Shown: piece after piece, positions 35,404 through 49,708 of the stretch
How the letters are laid out: every line of letters starts with the position of its first letter
Numbering within the stretch: the stretch's first letter is position 1
DNA from: Balanoglossus misakiensis
Taxonomy: Eukaryota; Animalia; Hemichordata
NCBI GenBank assembly: GCA_040954595.2
Contig: CM082589.2
Location: 4,416,213-4,480,212 of the forward strand
Length of the DNA: 64,000 nucleotides
Direction: 5' to 3'
Made by a program: the position numbers and the translations under genes
The notes under the pieces: model-generated
Told to the model about the DNA's origin: nothing
What the model saw: only the letters and a program-made list of their open reading frames with translations
Databases searched by the model: none

Positions 35404-38400
35404 CGATGTTAGACATTAACACATGCTTTGGGATAGAGACCATCGCCCATTCCCGCGGTCACTGAATACAGTCTATTAATAGAATAACGGTCTATTGCAA
35501 ACGATTGTTGGAAACACGAGACGAGCTCATGTCTGAAAATCCCGATATGCGTTTTAACAAATGGAAGTTTTTCACCAGATTGCAACTGTATTGAGGACGA
35601 CCGAAAGCTATAAAAACCCACCTTCTTAGCACGGTTCACACTGAATAACCGGCTTTCAATTTCCCATTCAATAGGCGGCAATAAACCGTGCGTGCATCTG
35701 CCAAATGATGCTACGAATAATTGAAATCGCCCGTAGTGCTTCTTGTACAGGAAAAAATGCATAATGTCACACTGCCCCCCTCAGATAATTGCGTATAGAA
35801 AAGTAAACTTCCCGTGGGTAAAACTGATCGATTTTTTGTATAAATCCTACCATTCCTGATCACGGATAAGAAGGTAACATTTTGAATCGAACTATACATT
35901 AAATCACGTGTGAAAAAAGTGGATGGCAACACCACACCCTTGAAGATTCACCCTGTCTGCAATATAGCATAAAGGTGTGTCTTCCTGTTGCGTAGGCGGA
36001 TCAGTTAAAATCAAATGTTATAAAAGATTACAGGAGTAAATTAATCAGAGGCTATAGAAATGCACAGCAGTAAGGCTGTTACAGAGAATAAAACGTGCTA
36101 ACTACTACACCTATTCGTAATTTTGTCCCCAATCGGCAAAATGTCTCAGACGTTGGTTATACACCCGGCCTTTAGGCTTTTGGGCGTAAACATGTATGCG
36201 AAAAAAAAAACTTTACCAAAAAGATGCCTACCGTTTTGTCATTCATATAGTTATTTTTGATGCGAACTTTTATTTATGTTGTTCTCGAACGCCTGAGCCA
36301 AGGGCTGAGTCTGATTATTTGCTGTTAGTGCTCGTCATCAAATTCCCAAATGACGCATTTTACGCGATGACGCTGTTTTTTTGACGCATTTTGTTCATTG
36401 TTATGAATTCTCCATATACGGAGAAGACCGATATCACCGGGTCTTGGCCAAAAACGTCTTAGTGGTCACAAGCCTGAGAGAGACCGAATGAATTGTACCG
36501 GACTGAATGTCTTACGATCGTAGTTTCAACTGGGTGTGATCATATCGAAGGGAAGTAAAAATCCAAAGTGAATATATAAAGCGCACTAGCAATATGAAAA
36601 TATCAAGGAGATTAAATATTTGTAGGATTATGAAAATCTGGCTTGGAGAACTGTCACCCAGTATTTGGTATTAACTCGATATAGCCTGTATTCCCTCGCG
36701 GCCGGACAAAAGCTCATTCAGGTACGCTAATGCCAAGAAAGTTCGATTAATCCGGCTTGGTGGTAATGTCAGCGTAGAAATTTTATAAGTACCCTCAGCT
36801 GGTTATTATGAGGTGGAGCCAAGCCTTGTGTTGATGAAGATGGATGCAATCGCTCTGGGTCACGCTTACCTGGTTATGGTTACTTCAAAATCAATCGTGC
36901 AGTGTGATAAAATATTTACCTTCTCATGGGGGCTTAGGAGTTATTTGAACAGTACCTTGTAATACCACCGACTATACAGCTCCTTCTGAATGAGCTTTAT
37001 CATATATTGTCGTCGAATAGCCAATGGTTAATGTTGTTAATGTATTCGTGGCCGCACCCGGAGAAGATTAGTTCCTGTTATGCTAGTAGACAGAGTTTCC
37101 TGGGGAGTACTGCATATATGGAGATGAGCTCTGTCATTTCAGGTTGAAAGGAGCCGTGAAGATAAGCTTATGGGGCAAGAGATGGAAATGGGGTATCACG
37201 AATGACTGAAATAAGGGTCGCAACTGCCCCTCCTTCATTCCCCATAACAATGCAACAAAGAAAATACGTTAGTATAAAATTACTTTACCCCCTTCAAAAT
37301 TCCTTGATTGGGTTTATTGCCTATAGACTGGGCATTCTTTGTGCATAAAGAACTTTTTGACAAGTTGCAAAGCTTACAGAAAATTTCGAAAAAAAGTTTG
37401 AACTGTTGTCATCAGTGAAAACCGTAACCTTAACGACATTGTGTATATGCTGTTGTTACTAGGAAACGATGATGAATTGAGAAGGTTTATGGCTATGCGC
37501 ATTAATTATTAATTTTAATTTGTGACACAAAAAATATTGTTTTTGTGATTCGGTTCGTCCTTGGCGGGACACGAGGCAATTCAATCATTTTGACAACAGA
37601 CTCACTGTTCTCGCTTTAGATTTCGAGAGCAAATTAATCCACAACTAATTGGTTATCACTTAAGACACACCCGAAGAAAACAACAGGTAAGACAGTCACG
37701 TTTACTTTTAATCATTTAAACCGTACAGATAATGCCTTTGTAATTGCGTGCAAACCTGTGATTAATGTTTTGCGGGACAATGACAGACTTGACGAGTTCT
37801 ACATGTGATGTGGAGTCCGTGCATGACCGTGGGTTAACTAGGAATAAAAATGATGTTATCAATCGATCATGAAAGCACATCCGGCAAATGTTCCCGGAAC
37901 TTAACAATATCGAGTGGCAATGCAATGAGTATACACGTATTCCAATAAAATATTGGCAGTGTGTTTTAAAATTTCCATCCGTCATATATTCAAAGATCTC
38001 ACGAAAACGCTTTGGGGTTCTGACTCCGGATGGCACAGTAAGATCGACCAATCGGTGACATAGCTATACTTGGGATCAAAGAGGGCAACGCTAAGTGGGT
38101 TCATAAGAGTACGCTCACGGCGACCACCGTAGCACACATTTGCTTGTTTTTACGCATACCTTTAAATGATAGTAATCAAATGGTGACCGTGTTACAATGT
38201 ACTAGTTGCCCGCATAAATATTATTGCTCAAGTACACGAATCCGTGTTGAGCAGGAGCATTATCGACAACACAAAAGCATAATTTGCGTCGGTCCTGACA
38301 CATACATGACACATTTACGCGTCGCAAAGCGACAAATCAAGAAGTTAAACCAAAGATGCAATGTTGACTTATCGTGTATGCATAGCGTCCCATGTCGATT

Positions 38401-38978
38401 CTGGTCACAGTACAGACTTGAACAGCCGAATACAAATGGTTTTGTATTCGATGGCTGAGAAGAAAGCTAATGAGTTTTTTTTATTATTCTCCTTTGAGAA
38501 ATAAGGTGCTAAGAGTCAAAATCATATGTAGTTGAGTGCAATCGGACAAACACAAGGGACGCGCACTTCATGAAATGTAAATTTCGTGTGCATGTGGGAA
38601 CATTTTCATAGTGTGTCGATTGGGAAACATTTGAAATGATTGATTGAAATAAGGTTGGACAGGTTCGAATCGAAGTTGTTTCGTTTTCATAATATGATGT
38701 TAAAAAACCACGAGTAATTATACCGTGAAGATTTCTGAAAAAAGTTTATTGCAGCGATAAGGTCAAAGATACAGCAGCAATGATATGAAAGCACGGGCAA
38801 TGAAAATACAGGAAAGCCAACGATGCTCGAAAAAAAACTGTTATTGGTGCACATTAATGCCAACGAAAAAGCACTTGTGCGGAAAGTACATCGATAACAG
38901 AAGACTTCCGTAACGATAAATTCACTCAAGAGATATATATATCAAAGCCCGCGTGTGCATGGACGACGTGTTTTGTTT

Positions 38979-39079
38979 GGAAATTCTCGCAACTTAAATA
39001 GTTTTTTGCTACCTAGCTGAGTGATAAAAAACCATGTAGTCGACAGAATTCCAAGATGGCGGATTTCTGCCATGTTTAA
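38979..39079 (-). repeat. ~100-bp dispersed repeat, copy 2
   Basis: Reverse complement reads TTAAACATGGCAGAAATCCGCCATCTTGGAATTCTGTCGACTACATGGTTTTTTATCACTCAGCTAGGTAGCAAAAAACTATTTAAGTTGCGAGAATTTCC. Confidence 0.8.
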
Positions 39080-42000
39080 TATACAGGAGTTGAGAAGCAA
39101 AATTAGTGTCGGGTCAGATGTTCGGATCGTATGCTTTTGAAAGAGCTATAGTCAATCAAATATTTTCACTTGGATGAAAATATGAAAAACATAAGCCACC
39201 GCATGGTAATTTAACGGCTTAGATCCACCATATAACCATGAGTATATTATGTAAATTAAAGTAGTTTGTATTTCTTTACCGAGGTGGGCAATGACTTGCT
39301 CACGATGAATTTGCTCAGAGTGTCTGCCTTCGTCACATTTGCCAGCTAATTGCTATTTTGGCTCCCAGAAATAAATGAATAAAATATGCGTCGTCCCTTT
39401 TTACATGCATGGCAAGCAGTTGTCTTTCCGCAAGCTGTGCTTTTCTGCAGGCCTTGATTTGTTATGCCACGAACCATTCAAGCTCAACCGTGCGCATGTG
39501 CGGATTTCGTGGAGGGGATAAACTGTCCAACACCATCGGTTTCGATCTTCAATGCATATAGGCTGAAGTAAAACATTTGATAGCAAACTTCCCTCCACAA
39601 GGGTTCTCCATGTACAGAATGGTGCCACCTTAAAAGAAACACCCCTCAAAAAATTCACCTGACACTAAGTACATGCATACTATTCATTGCTCTCGAATCG
39701 CAAATCACCACCCACGTTAACACCATAAACGCATTAAGCTCTTGCACAACAAAACACATCATGTTCAATCAAGATCAAACATCGTTAATCATTACTTAAA
39801 TCATTTAGCAAAAGTCAAATTTCATTTTCTAATAAAAAAGTCCTTTATGTCATCAATGCTAAACGTTTATCTGGGTCATTGTTATTGATCTAAGAACATC
39901 GTTATTATTCTTGAACCATTAATTCGGGTTAGTTAAACAGTATGAGACTTTTCCAAAACCAATACAAGCATATTATTGGATTGATGGCGTGTGATCGATT
40001 AGTTCCCCGAAACCGACTCTGCATTGACATGTTGGTTTTGTTTACATATTTTATTCAATTAATATTGTATGGGTCCGCGTTAAGTAAAGCGTCGACCAGT
40101 CTGCGTGCATTGGGGTTCAGATGTTCAAACAAAACCGCGCTCACAGACATCACAATGGACCAACCGGTTTTCTGTAATTGGCTTCGATGTCTAATATCGT
40201 GTACATCAGTAAAACGATATGACTGCGATTAAAAAGCAATGCCGCCACAGCGAGACACACTCATATGGATATTAAGACAAGTTGCCCAGAAGCGATTGCT
40301 TTTTACTTGAAATATTAATTCACAAGGCCGATGGGACGAACGTTTATTAATGAAGTCCCTGGAAAATCCAAGGGGCGGCCCACTGGATTTCCCATATAGC
40401 AACGTTGGTATTGTTTAATTTCTTGTGAGACATATTAAAAGCTTCCCGCATCCACGGAAAATAGTACGCGCTTTCCAAAGTTTAGAAAGCAAGCATATGT
40501 CACCAGACACGTTACGTCATGATTTTAGCAGCTCAAAGAAAGTGGAATAAAAATATATATCGAATTTCTGCACACGGCTGCAAAAACAAATGACGCGCAT
40601 GCATTCATGATACACAGAGTATGTCACACACGGAACCTCGCGAATAAAGAAATCTGTCTAAGACTGTAGACTATAGTCTCTTGGCTTTCTGGTCTCTCTC
40701 CTTGCCTGTCAAAACGAAAGAATGGGCTATGTTTCTACAAGCAACATGTCCATTAGACTTTAACAAAAATTACTATATTCCTGTATATGACAGCAATGCT
40801 TGTAATCGGGTTTATTATACTTCACTGGAATTTGCGAGCAATGTAACTGGTTCGAGAATTATTCTAAACCGCCAGCCAGAATATTCCCTGCGTCGTATTT
40901 CATAGAATTTGCGTTGAAAATGAAAAGTCCATTTTCATCCTATAGACTGTGGTATAGTACCACACAAGCCTGTTCTATATATAGGACATCAAGATATAGT
41001 TTATCACATTGCCTTTTTTCCATTTCTCCTACTGAAATATAAATCCACTTATAAGGCGGAATTATCTCTGTCGGTCTATGCTAGAGGGTTTAAGGAGATT
41101 GGCGACGACTTACATACATTGATTGGGTGGCAAAAAGCCAGCCGTATACCAATTTGCAGAAAAGATGAAGAATAACCTCGAGAACCATAGATATATTTTC
41201 ATCATGGATGACATCTTCATGTATAATGAGATCGCATTATGCATATTTGTTATATACCTTTGACCAACATGAAGATGCATTGTACCAGCCATGGTGCCTC
41301 GTTACTAAAATATAATATTGCCAGGAAAGGGCAAATACAGGTGCAATATCATGAATTGTAAATATTCATATATTCAAAGATATTGAGATATAAGAAAGAC
41401 GGGTTCACCCACACGGACGGTTTCAATCACGCATTTTTAAAATTAAGAAGAGCTGACTCTATTAATTTGAATATATGTACCTTACAACTAACAATTTTTA
41501 GGAAAAGTTTTTACTTCGAGTAAGATATATTATGTGCTCCCCCCCCCCCTCCCAAACCGACGATGTCGCTGCATTAGTGACGTAACAGAAAAAGCTATGC
41601 ACGTCACGAGATATAAGCAGCGGACATGGTCCAGTTAAGAAACACAGAACGATGTCGATGGACGGCCGCAGTGAATGACATATCAGGAGAGGCAATTATG
41701 AAAGTACACGCCAGACAATTAACCGACTTTCATATTTCATGTAAACTTTCACTTTGAATAACTTTTTAGTTTTGAATTCACGCGGCCTGGTTCTGTCTGG
41801 TGACGTGATTGGCATTGATGTCAGCAGACGTGGCGATGATAAAGATTAAATTTGTTTCCCTGGCAATAAATCTTAGAAAGAATTAAGAACGTAATATTGA
41901 AGGCAGTATCGGCGTTTTCACAACCGACATTTTTATATGTATGCGATGTAAGCACCTATCAGACTACGCCTTTCTTATTATTTTATTGCCTGTGATATGG

Positions 42001-43238
42001 TAATTTTTATCATAAACACACAACTATTATCGTTTATCAATAGGAGAGTACAATATACAAGCACACCCTACTATAATAGAATAACAGTCACAACTGTACA
42101 AAACGTATAAAACCCATCTGTGTATACCATTCCTTTGAAGCGCCGTGCACCGTTCATAGAGAAACCGATTATCCCTACAAAATAGATTCCAATATCTGAA
42201 CGACTACATCAAAATTAACGGTAGCTGAATTAAACCGTCTCCTGACCCCGTTAATATTTAAAGTCCTAATTGACTTTCTATGTGTACGAGCGATGATTAA
42301 ACGACATTACCTGAGCCCATTTTGTGGTCGTCTGTCAGGCGACAGAGATGAACGTAATTGGTGACGTAAGTTCTAATTTAGTTAGGACGGAATTAGAACA
42401 TCCTCATTACTTTTTGCAGAGAAACTTTTTTTTTTCATCCTGCTCGAGAAACCATGATTGCTATGTTTAAATTAGAGGGCAGAATAATCACGTCATTGCA
42501 TCTGAGGGATTTCATCGATGAGCAGCCTAGTCTACTGAGACGCAGAACATGCAGCTGGCCATGCTGTGCTGAAAACGTTGATGGTCCCTACAATTCAAAG
42601 TATCGATTGTCGACTGCCGAAATTACCATTGCTCTAAGTAGGGGTTACAGCTGGACAAGCAAGAGTGGTCAATTCACTCCGCCTGACCCATATTCTATAC
42701 CTTTTGTTTGTACCTTGTCTTGCTGACGTCCAGAGCGACTTGGCGTGGCGGAGAAAACATCATTAACTCGCTATCGAGGGATTGATGTGATTGAAAAGAG
42801 AAACTGGTCCCATGCATCGAAAATTGAACGGCGACTTCATTCTTACCAAATTGGACGTCGTATAATGCACAACTAATCCAGAATGTCTGGCCATGCAAGT
42901 GATATTTTACACAATTATGACTTTGATGACGTCAGCTGGCCGAACGGATGTCCGTCTGTCGTAATATGCGATGGCAAATACATCGATATTACTTCTTGCG
43001 AAACCTATATACATGTACATATATATACTGAAAAGCAAAGCTGCCTAAGAGTGGTTTCTGAGAAGACGTCAATCGTCGACAAACGACCGGCGGACGTTGA
43101 CGGCGACAGAGGAAAATCAGCCTTAGGGTCTATAGTTTACCAGATCATTCCTGATTATTAATTTAATTTATATATAATGTTTAATGTCAACGGACAATGT
43201 TTCTTCATCAATAATTCATTCCTCGGGGTTATGGCACC

Positions 43239-43340
43239 TAACAACAACAACAACGTCATCATCAACAACAACAACAACTGTACAACAACAATATAATATA
43301 CTGGTGGTGGTGGTTGTGGTGATGGTGGTGGTGGTGGAGG
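43239..43340. repeat. (AAC)n followed by (GGT)n low-complexity tract
   Basis: Directly visible imperfect trinucleotide runs. Confidence 0.85.
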
Positions 43341-44448
43341 TAAATTATCGCGACCAATAACCAAATACTATTCGTAGATATTCTGAACGATCTCATAAAG
43401 TATAAAGCAGTCTGCGGCATAAATTGCTCGCTCCAATCCGTCCCTGTTTCAGAGAACGAGTGTTAAACACTGACCTCGGATTAGCAGGGGATTCGTTCCG
43501 GCGAGCCCAGTGCGCGTCTGTCAGCATTGTTTGCGCTAATAACAGTAGAATGATGAGCCGGGCGCATCATCACTGTGATAAACCGGATCTCCCCTCTTCC
43601 CTTTGTTCATAACTGCGGATGACCGCGGCAGCAACCGATGTTTGAAGCGCTTTTAATCGCGACGTCAACTTACCCAGTATATACATGTATACAGTGAACG
43701 CCCTAATTTACCTTCACATTGCATATCGACACGCTGCGAGTTTTGACAACGAACTACATGTACGCCAATTATTCATTTTTGTTAATGTGCATGTACTTTG
43801 ATCGTTGAGCTGCAAAAATTGCAAGATCAAAATTCACAGATAACACTACAGTGGAATTGGATGTATCATACACATTTCCATAAAGTCCCTGCGAACACAT
43901 CGAGTTTGACAAGTACAGAGCATATACAATTTGCATCTACTCAAATTACCGAAACGGCGCTTTAACTCTCCGTTTTGACTTAGGTAGAATTTCTCCGTCG
44001 TTTCTTGAAAATTGACAAAGAGAGGTCAACCCTTCATTGAAGAAATTCGATAGCGAGTTACAACAGCTGTACAGGCATACCTGCTATGTGATCATGACTT
44101 CTTTTCTGAGTGTGCGCTTGACTTTTTGGTCAACGAGCAAAACCGCTTTCACGGTAGTATTATTAAAAGACTACACCGAAGATTGGGGTATTGTCGACAA
44201 CTACATGCAAATCATCAGTGCCTTTCGACGGAAACACCGTCGCTGGGGCAAGGGCCGTTGCAAATGCAGGCGAGAAGAGTGCAGACATAGCCTCGCAGAC
44301 CCACACAATTGAGTTTACTACAAAGAAGACTGCTTGTTGAAATATATAAAAAAGATGAAATCAAATTGTCAGCGCATAGAGGTTATAAGTGATAGGAATG
44401 ATAACAGCGCCGCGCACTGTTAACGACTTGGGATGAGTATATTCTTAC

Positions 44449-44723
44449 CTGACTTTCTCCGTGATCGCCCGTCGAGTCTTTTGAGTGAGAGAGAGACAGC
44501 CAGATAGATAAATAAAACACACACGAAAACTCAATTTTCACACCGACGAGAAGGCAACGTTCTGACTACTCATCGACAGCGCACTACTACAAGTTAACAC
44601 ATTCCGCTCGCTGCGAAGTTATTTTTACAGGTTGTCCGCCCACTCCACGCGGAGGACATAGACGTGTACTGCAAAATGAGGCTGTTAATATTATATTTTT
44701 GTCGTCACGTCGCGCATGCGCGA
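44449..44723 (-). promoter_or_regulatory. Candidate distal non-coding first exon and promoter (possibly of the GPCR)
   Basis: Minus-strand donor CAG|gtaaga at 44449/44448, locally CpG-rich sequence, and a perfect palindrome TCGCGCATGCGCGA (NRF1-type) at 44710-44723. No transcript evidence. Confidence 0.3.
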
Positions 44724-44934
44724 ATCGGGTATCCGTCAACCCGTAAGGGGAGTGAACAGCGGATATGCATCAAACGTTATTGACTTTTGAAAAATATATA
44801 AAGAGAAAAATGTCAAATAATATCATGTCAACTTTTATTCACGATTAATTTCACCCTTTCGTGTGAAAAGGATAAATGTGCACTAATATTTAAACTGATA
44901 GATAAATGTTTGAAATGGTATAACCGACTAACAG

Positions 44935-45053
44935 CCTGCCTGCCTGCCTGTCTGTCTGTCCGTCTGTCTCTCTGTCTGTCTGTCTCTCTGTCTGTCTCAG
45001 TCTCTGTATGTCTCTCTGTCTGTCTCTCTGTCTGTCTGTCTGTCTCTCTGTGT
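44935..45053. repeat. (CCTG)/(TCTG)/(TC) compound microsatellite
   Basis: Directly visible. Confidence 0.92.
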
Positions 45054-47022
45054 GCCTCCTCTACAATAGAAACACTTGAACTTGGCAGAAGATAGCTGAG
45101 GGAACGTTATATACACTTCACGCAACGCTTGATTTCCACTAGACTCAGTCGCTTTCCAACCACCATCATATTACGGATACTATGGAATTATTCAACACCC
45201 CAAGAAAAGTCGGGAGTTAAAATTCACTGACGTGTCCTGTGAATTATGAAAGGGGAGGTTTCTCTGTGACTATCTACTGTTTCATTTCATTTCATCTGAT
45301 CTCTGCGCTTGCTTTAATAATGCATGTAATACTTTTACAATCCCCATCTAATACAAATGTCAATTGTCTAGAAAAATGACGATGTTTTCAAGGTTTATAA
45401 AATACTTCTATAATCACTGTGCGTACCGAAAATGTCCCTGTTAAGAAATTGCATGTTCAAGGTTTATGGTTTCAGTGACGTTGCCAAGACAACAAGACTG
45501 TTGGCGCTACATTAATATTCATGTAAGCCAAAGACTGCGGGATCAATTAATTCACCATTCGTGATATTAAGGAGAAAGGGTTCACAGTTTAATCAATCTC
45601 AATGGAAAAAAATGTCCCTTCGTTTGTATTAGAGTCCCGAGACATGGTCGAGCAGCTATAAGCTTGAACACAACTCATAGGTTTTTTTGCGAAAATCGAC
45701 GCAAGGGACATGATAATACTGTTTTTCGAGCCAGATCTCATGTGACCCGATGCGATAATTTCGTGTCCACCGAAGGCAGACACGCCGGGTATCTCGCATC
45801 ATTATGTAGTACGTCAGGGTATAGCCAGATACCAGATACACAAACACACAAGCAGTAACTCGCGTTGCGGTGAAGGTTAAGAATGTGAGAAGTAAAAGTC
45901 CAATCTCTCCGGCAAGGCTGTATGTATAAGAGCTAGCGAATTAGCGCCTGTATGTTCATAGTTTTTGGAACGATGCCAAAAGTCAGTGCGTGGTGTTGAA
46001 ATGATTTCAGACGCCTGCTTAAAATAATTACATCTATAATGTTTCGGTTGTTTTCGCTTGGCATTGCGCACAAATTAAAGATAATTAGTTTGAAAATCAG
46101 GAAATATCATGATGGCTCATTCTTACTCGTCACAATGTATTAGTATTTGGGGTCAAATAATTCCTACTGTATATATAGGGGAGTTTGGTATTTTAAACCT
46201 TGATTGTATTTTTTATAAATAGACGTCAATAAATTGTTGGCTTATATAGTACAACACAGGGTGACATATTGTCTCGCTTGTAAAGTTTGCTGTCCTATTA
46301 TCACAAATCTATCACCACAGTAAACTCTGGATAAACGAATACACTCGTCTGACGCACTTTACAAATATTCGTTAATCTCAAATAGTACTATCACCACATG
46401 TCATTCGCCATCTCCGAGGTCTCTTAATATTTAGAGGGGCAATGCCTTCCCCCACAGGAGATAATTAGTCTGCGGCACCATCGTCCATCTGTCAAGGACT
46501 TCAAATCGCTCCTCATATACCCCTCACCGTTTTTCCTCGGGGTCAACGCCAGCAGAACAATCGGCAGTGTTATTGCAGTTTCACCGGCGGATGTGCTGGC
46601 TTCCCCGAGTGGTACACTGGAGCTCACCGTATAGTTGTTATTGTTTTTTTAATTGCGTTATTTTTTTCCATGTGACTCAAGGACACATCCCAGGAATAAC
46701 AATCTCCCTTGCCGATAAGTGCCTCCTCAACTAAAATCACTTGTTGTTCATGAATTGAACCCTAAAAGTGCAGTGGAACCCTTCCCAGGTAATTTTGCTC
46801 TTTCCATGACAGAAAAACTAAAAGTATCCTAACACCCTAGCTAGGCACGGTTTCTTGGAGAGGCACCCAGACACCCCAACTTTACTTTGTTTTCCTAATC
46901 GCGGCAGATTACACTATGACCCCATCTTCATATCATTGTGATTCTCCTTTCATTTGCTTTTTAACACATATCTGCCTTTTCACTTGTTTTTACACGTATT
47001 ATAGTATTGTTCCCTAATGATG

Positions 47023-47072
47023 CTCTCTCTCTCTCTCTCTCTCTCTATCTCCCCCCTCTCTCCCCCCCTCTC
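47023..47072. repeat. (CT)n polypyrimidine tract
   Basis: Directly visible. Confidence 0.9.
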
Positions 47073-47829
47073 AATTATTCATTCCTTATCATCTGGTCTC
47101 ACTCTCCACGTTTGATTATACGGGCGAAACAAGATACTCACAAACTTTAAAAATTCCAATTACCCGATTTCAATTTTTAATCAGAAAGACAGCTCCCATA
47201 AGGGAGTCATATCTTATTTTTCTAGCGGAATGTCTCGGTATTGCCTAGCGCTGCTAATGCTTTAAGTAATGCCCCCTCTTCCAATATTTTTTTCACTTGG
47301 TCTCCTGAAATATTTTGAAGGCATTCTATTTTTCACTTGGAAGTTGTACCAGCTCAGTCACATAAATGAAGATTACGGTAGGTTGCGATTAACTAAACAA
47401 TCCGAGAAACAGTTGAATAAGTATACTATGAGAGACAAACTAGCGCAAATCTCTTTCCTCAGTGCTACAAGTTACAAAACCGAATAATATCAACACGAGG
47501 ATTGATCGATCGACGCCAGAGAACAGGGGCGCTCATTAAACAAATTAAACTCAGCTTGGAATCATGGGATACCGAATGTTTTGTTCTTTTCACGTGTACA
47601 CACGGCTTTGTCCAATTCCGATAACACTGTCAAGTACGTCAACACATTAAATAGAAAAAAAGCGCATGGGAGATACTTCTTTACGCACTGAGATCAAGGA
47701 AATCAGTTCTTCTTCACATGCAAGAGTATCAAAGACAGGTCGTGGGACTGTAAATGGGCAGCGAGTTGATCACGATGTATGATCCCCGTCGCAAGGGTCT
47801 AACAGATCACTGAGCCTTCGTCGAAAATA

Positions 47830-48065
47830 GCAACGAGCCGACTGAAAAGGCTCTCTGACCGTAGACCTTATTAAATTTACCGAGAGGTGGAATCAAGTGT
47901 AATTTTTTTCCGCTGAACGGAGTTCTCGCGATGGAACATTCTGATCGATTAGTTACATGTAGAGAGTTCTTAATTAATTTGAAAGCAATCAACAAAATCG
48001 TGTACTTAATGCGCGCTTCAACAGGCAGCCAATGTAAATCAATAAGTATACATAGGTGAGCTATG
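47830..48065 (-). mobile_element. Degenerate CR1/L2-group LINE fragment (ORF2 C-terminus)
   Basis: LIDLHWLPVEARIKYTILLIAFK...YGQRAFSV matches the L2/CR1-group motifs LHWLPVxxRIxFK and GxRAFS. Boundaries approximate. Confidence 0.8.
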
Positions 48066-49708
48066 TTTAAACTTGCGAGAGCGACTAACGAAACATGCCA
48101 CGGCATTTTGCTGAGATTGTATTTCTATTCTGATATGTTATAAACGGAGTTGCTTTGCTTTGGGAGGAATGACATATTCCTCTACACGGGTGCGTACATC
48201 ATTTGGTAATCGCCAGAGAAATTAAAGCTAACTGAATCACAGGCAATACAGGTCTAATTTCTTTAGGGGAAACGAAGTTAATATTTCATGCTATTTGTTT
48301 TGACCAACGACGTTTTTATCAACATTGATATTTTAATAATGCAAGAGGTATAGTTCAATATAATAAGCGTAAGTGTTTCATTTTAATGTGTGGTATGTAC
48401 GTGCGCAATACTGCAGTCACAAGTAGTTTTTCTTGTGTGATTACCCTTTTAAGCAAACAAACAAACCACCTATTACATGTAGTTTTGTGTATCAGACTAA
48501 TAAAAGCTTGAAAAAAAATTAAAACAATATTGCTGGCACAGGTCAAACTGAAATAACAGAAGGCGACTATGTTTATTATGGACTGTGTGTTGCTTTTATG
48601 TCTATCATTACAAGGACGTGTCATTTTGATTTTATTAAGGCTATAAAACAAATTGTGTCTTTACGATGACACACACGGTACCACTGAACGTCAACACACA
48701 GCATTTACGGTCGGTTCAAAATCTACACGTCGATCTTTGGCGTCTGTATAGTTTAAAAGTAGTCTTGCAAAGAAGTGCAATACGCAGCTATTCTCAATAG
48801 TCTAAATACACCCACCGTTTGACTTGCAAATAGTGTATCTTCGACGCATACGCCGGGAATCATAAACTGTCTGATTTTACATTAATGACATCTGTTTTTC
48901 AGTGATGTTAAAGGGGTACAGTCAGATCTAATTTACATAATACCCATACATGGTCATAGAGGCGTGTTTAATACTTCGAGTGACCTTGTGGTGGCGTACA
49001 GGCACGAGTGAAAATATGTGACTGGGTAGATCCCCATTATCCATGGCAACTGCGACTGAAATTAAGGAGGGTACGGCGCACTTTTAATTGGGACATGTTT
49101 TTTTTAAAGACCCATGTAATGCCCAAGGTTTTTTTTCGTAAAAACGGGTCAAGCTACTTAAAGGGCTTGAACGCTAGTATGGAACGACTACCCCCGACAA
49201 GCCGATAAATTGTTAAGATCTCATCTGCTAGGGAGAGGGGATAAAAGACAATCAGACGTGATCTGGCCAAGATTTCAGATCTCAGTAAAGGGTCGTTTAT
49301 CACGGCATCCATGGCCAGGAATTCCTAGCCAGCGGCCGAGGCAAGTAATACCGAGCGCGAGAATCCTATAAATACCTGGTTTCCATGGGAAGTGAGACAG
49401 AGTCACAAACAATTTCTTGATCCGCTCGTTAGCCATTCTATGTTTCCCCTTCACAGGATCCTTTGTCGGATTGATGAATCTTTCATCGTGAACATTTTTA
49501 ATAAACACGAAATATAGTAATCGCTCAATATGCATTTCACGTTTCTTGCACCTATGGCGTTGGAAGAACAAATACACGTTGTATATACATGTAGTGACTA
49601 ATCTCCCACCTAGCATTTTAACTGTCTTTAATTACTTCCTTTGTCTTTCTATGCAGTTAATATGTAGAAGTCGTTTAACCTGTAACCAGTATATGACCCA
49701 GCACTGCT

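Larger units (their letters stand above)
18649..35466 (-). mobile_element. Putative non-autonomous Helentron/DINE-1-like element enclosing the satellite
   Basis: Inverted motif CCGCGGGAA (18653-18661) / TTCCCGCGG (35450-35458) at the two ends. On the minus strand the order is subTIR, short inverted repeat, tetranucleotide microsatellite, tandem repeats, subTIR. Architecture-based inference only. Confidence 0.4.

Noticed and set aside
34938-35443. ORFs of 146-153 aa (MYVC/YIHT repeats)
   Set aside because: Microsatellite translations.
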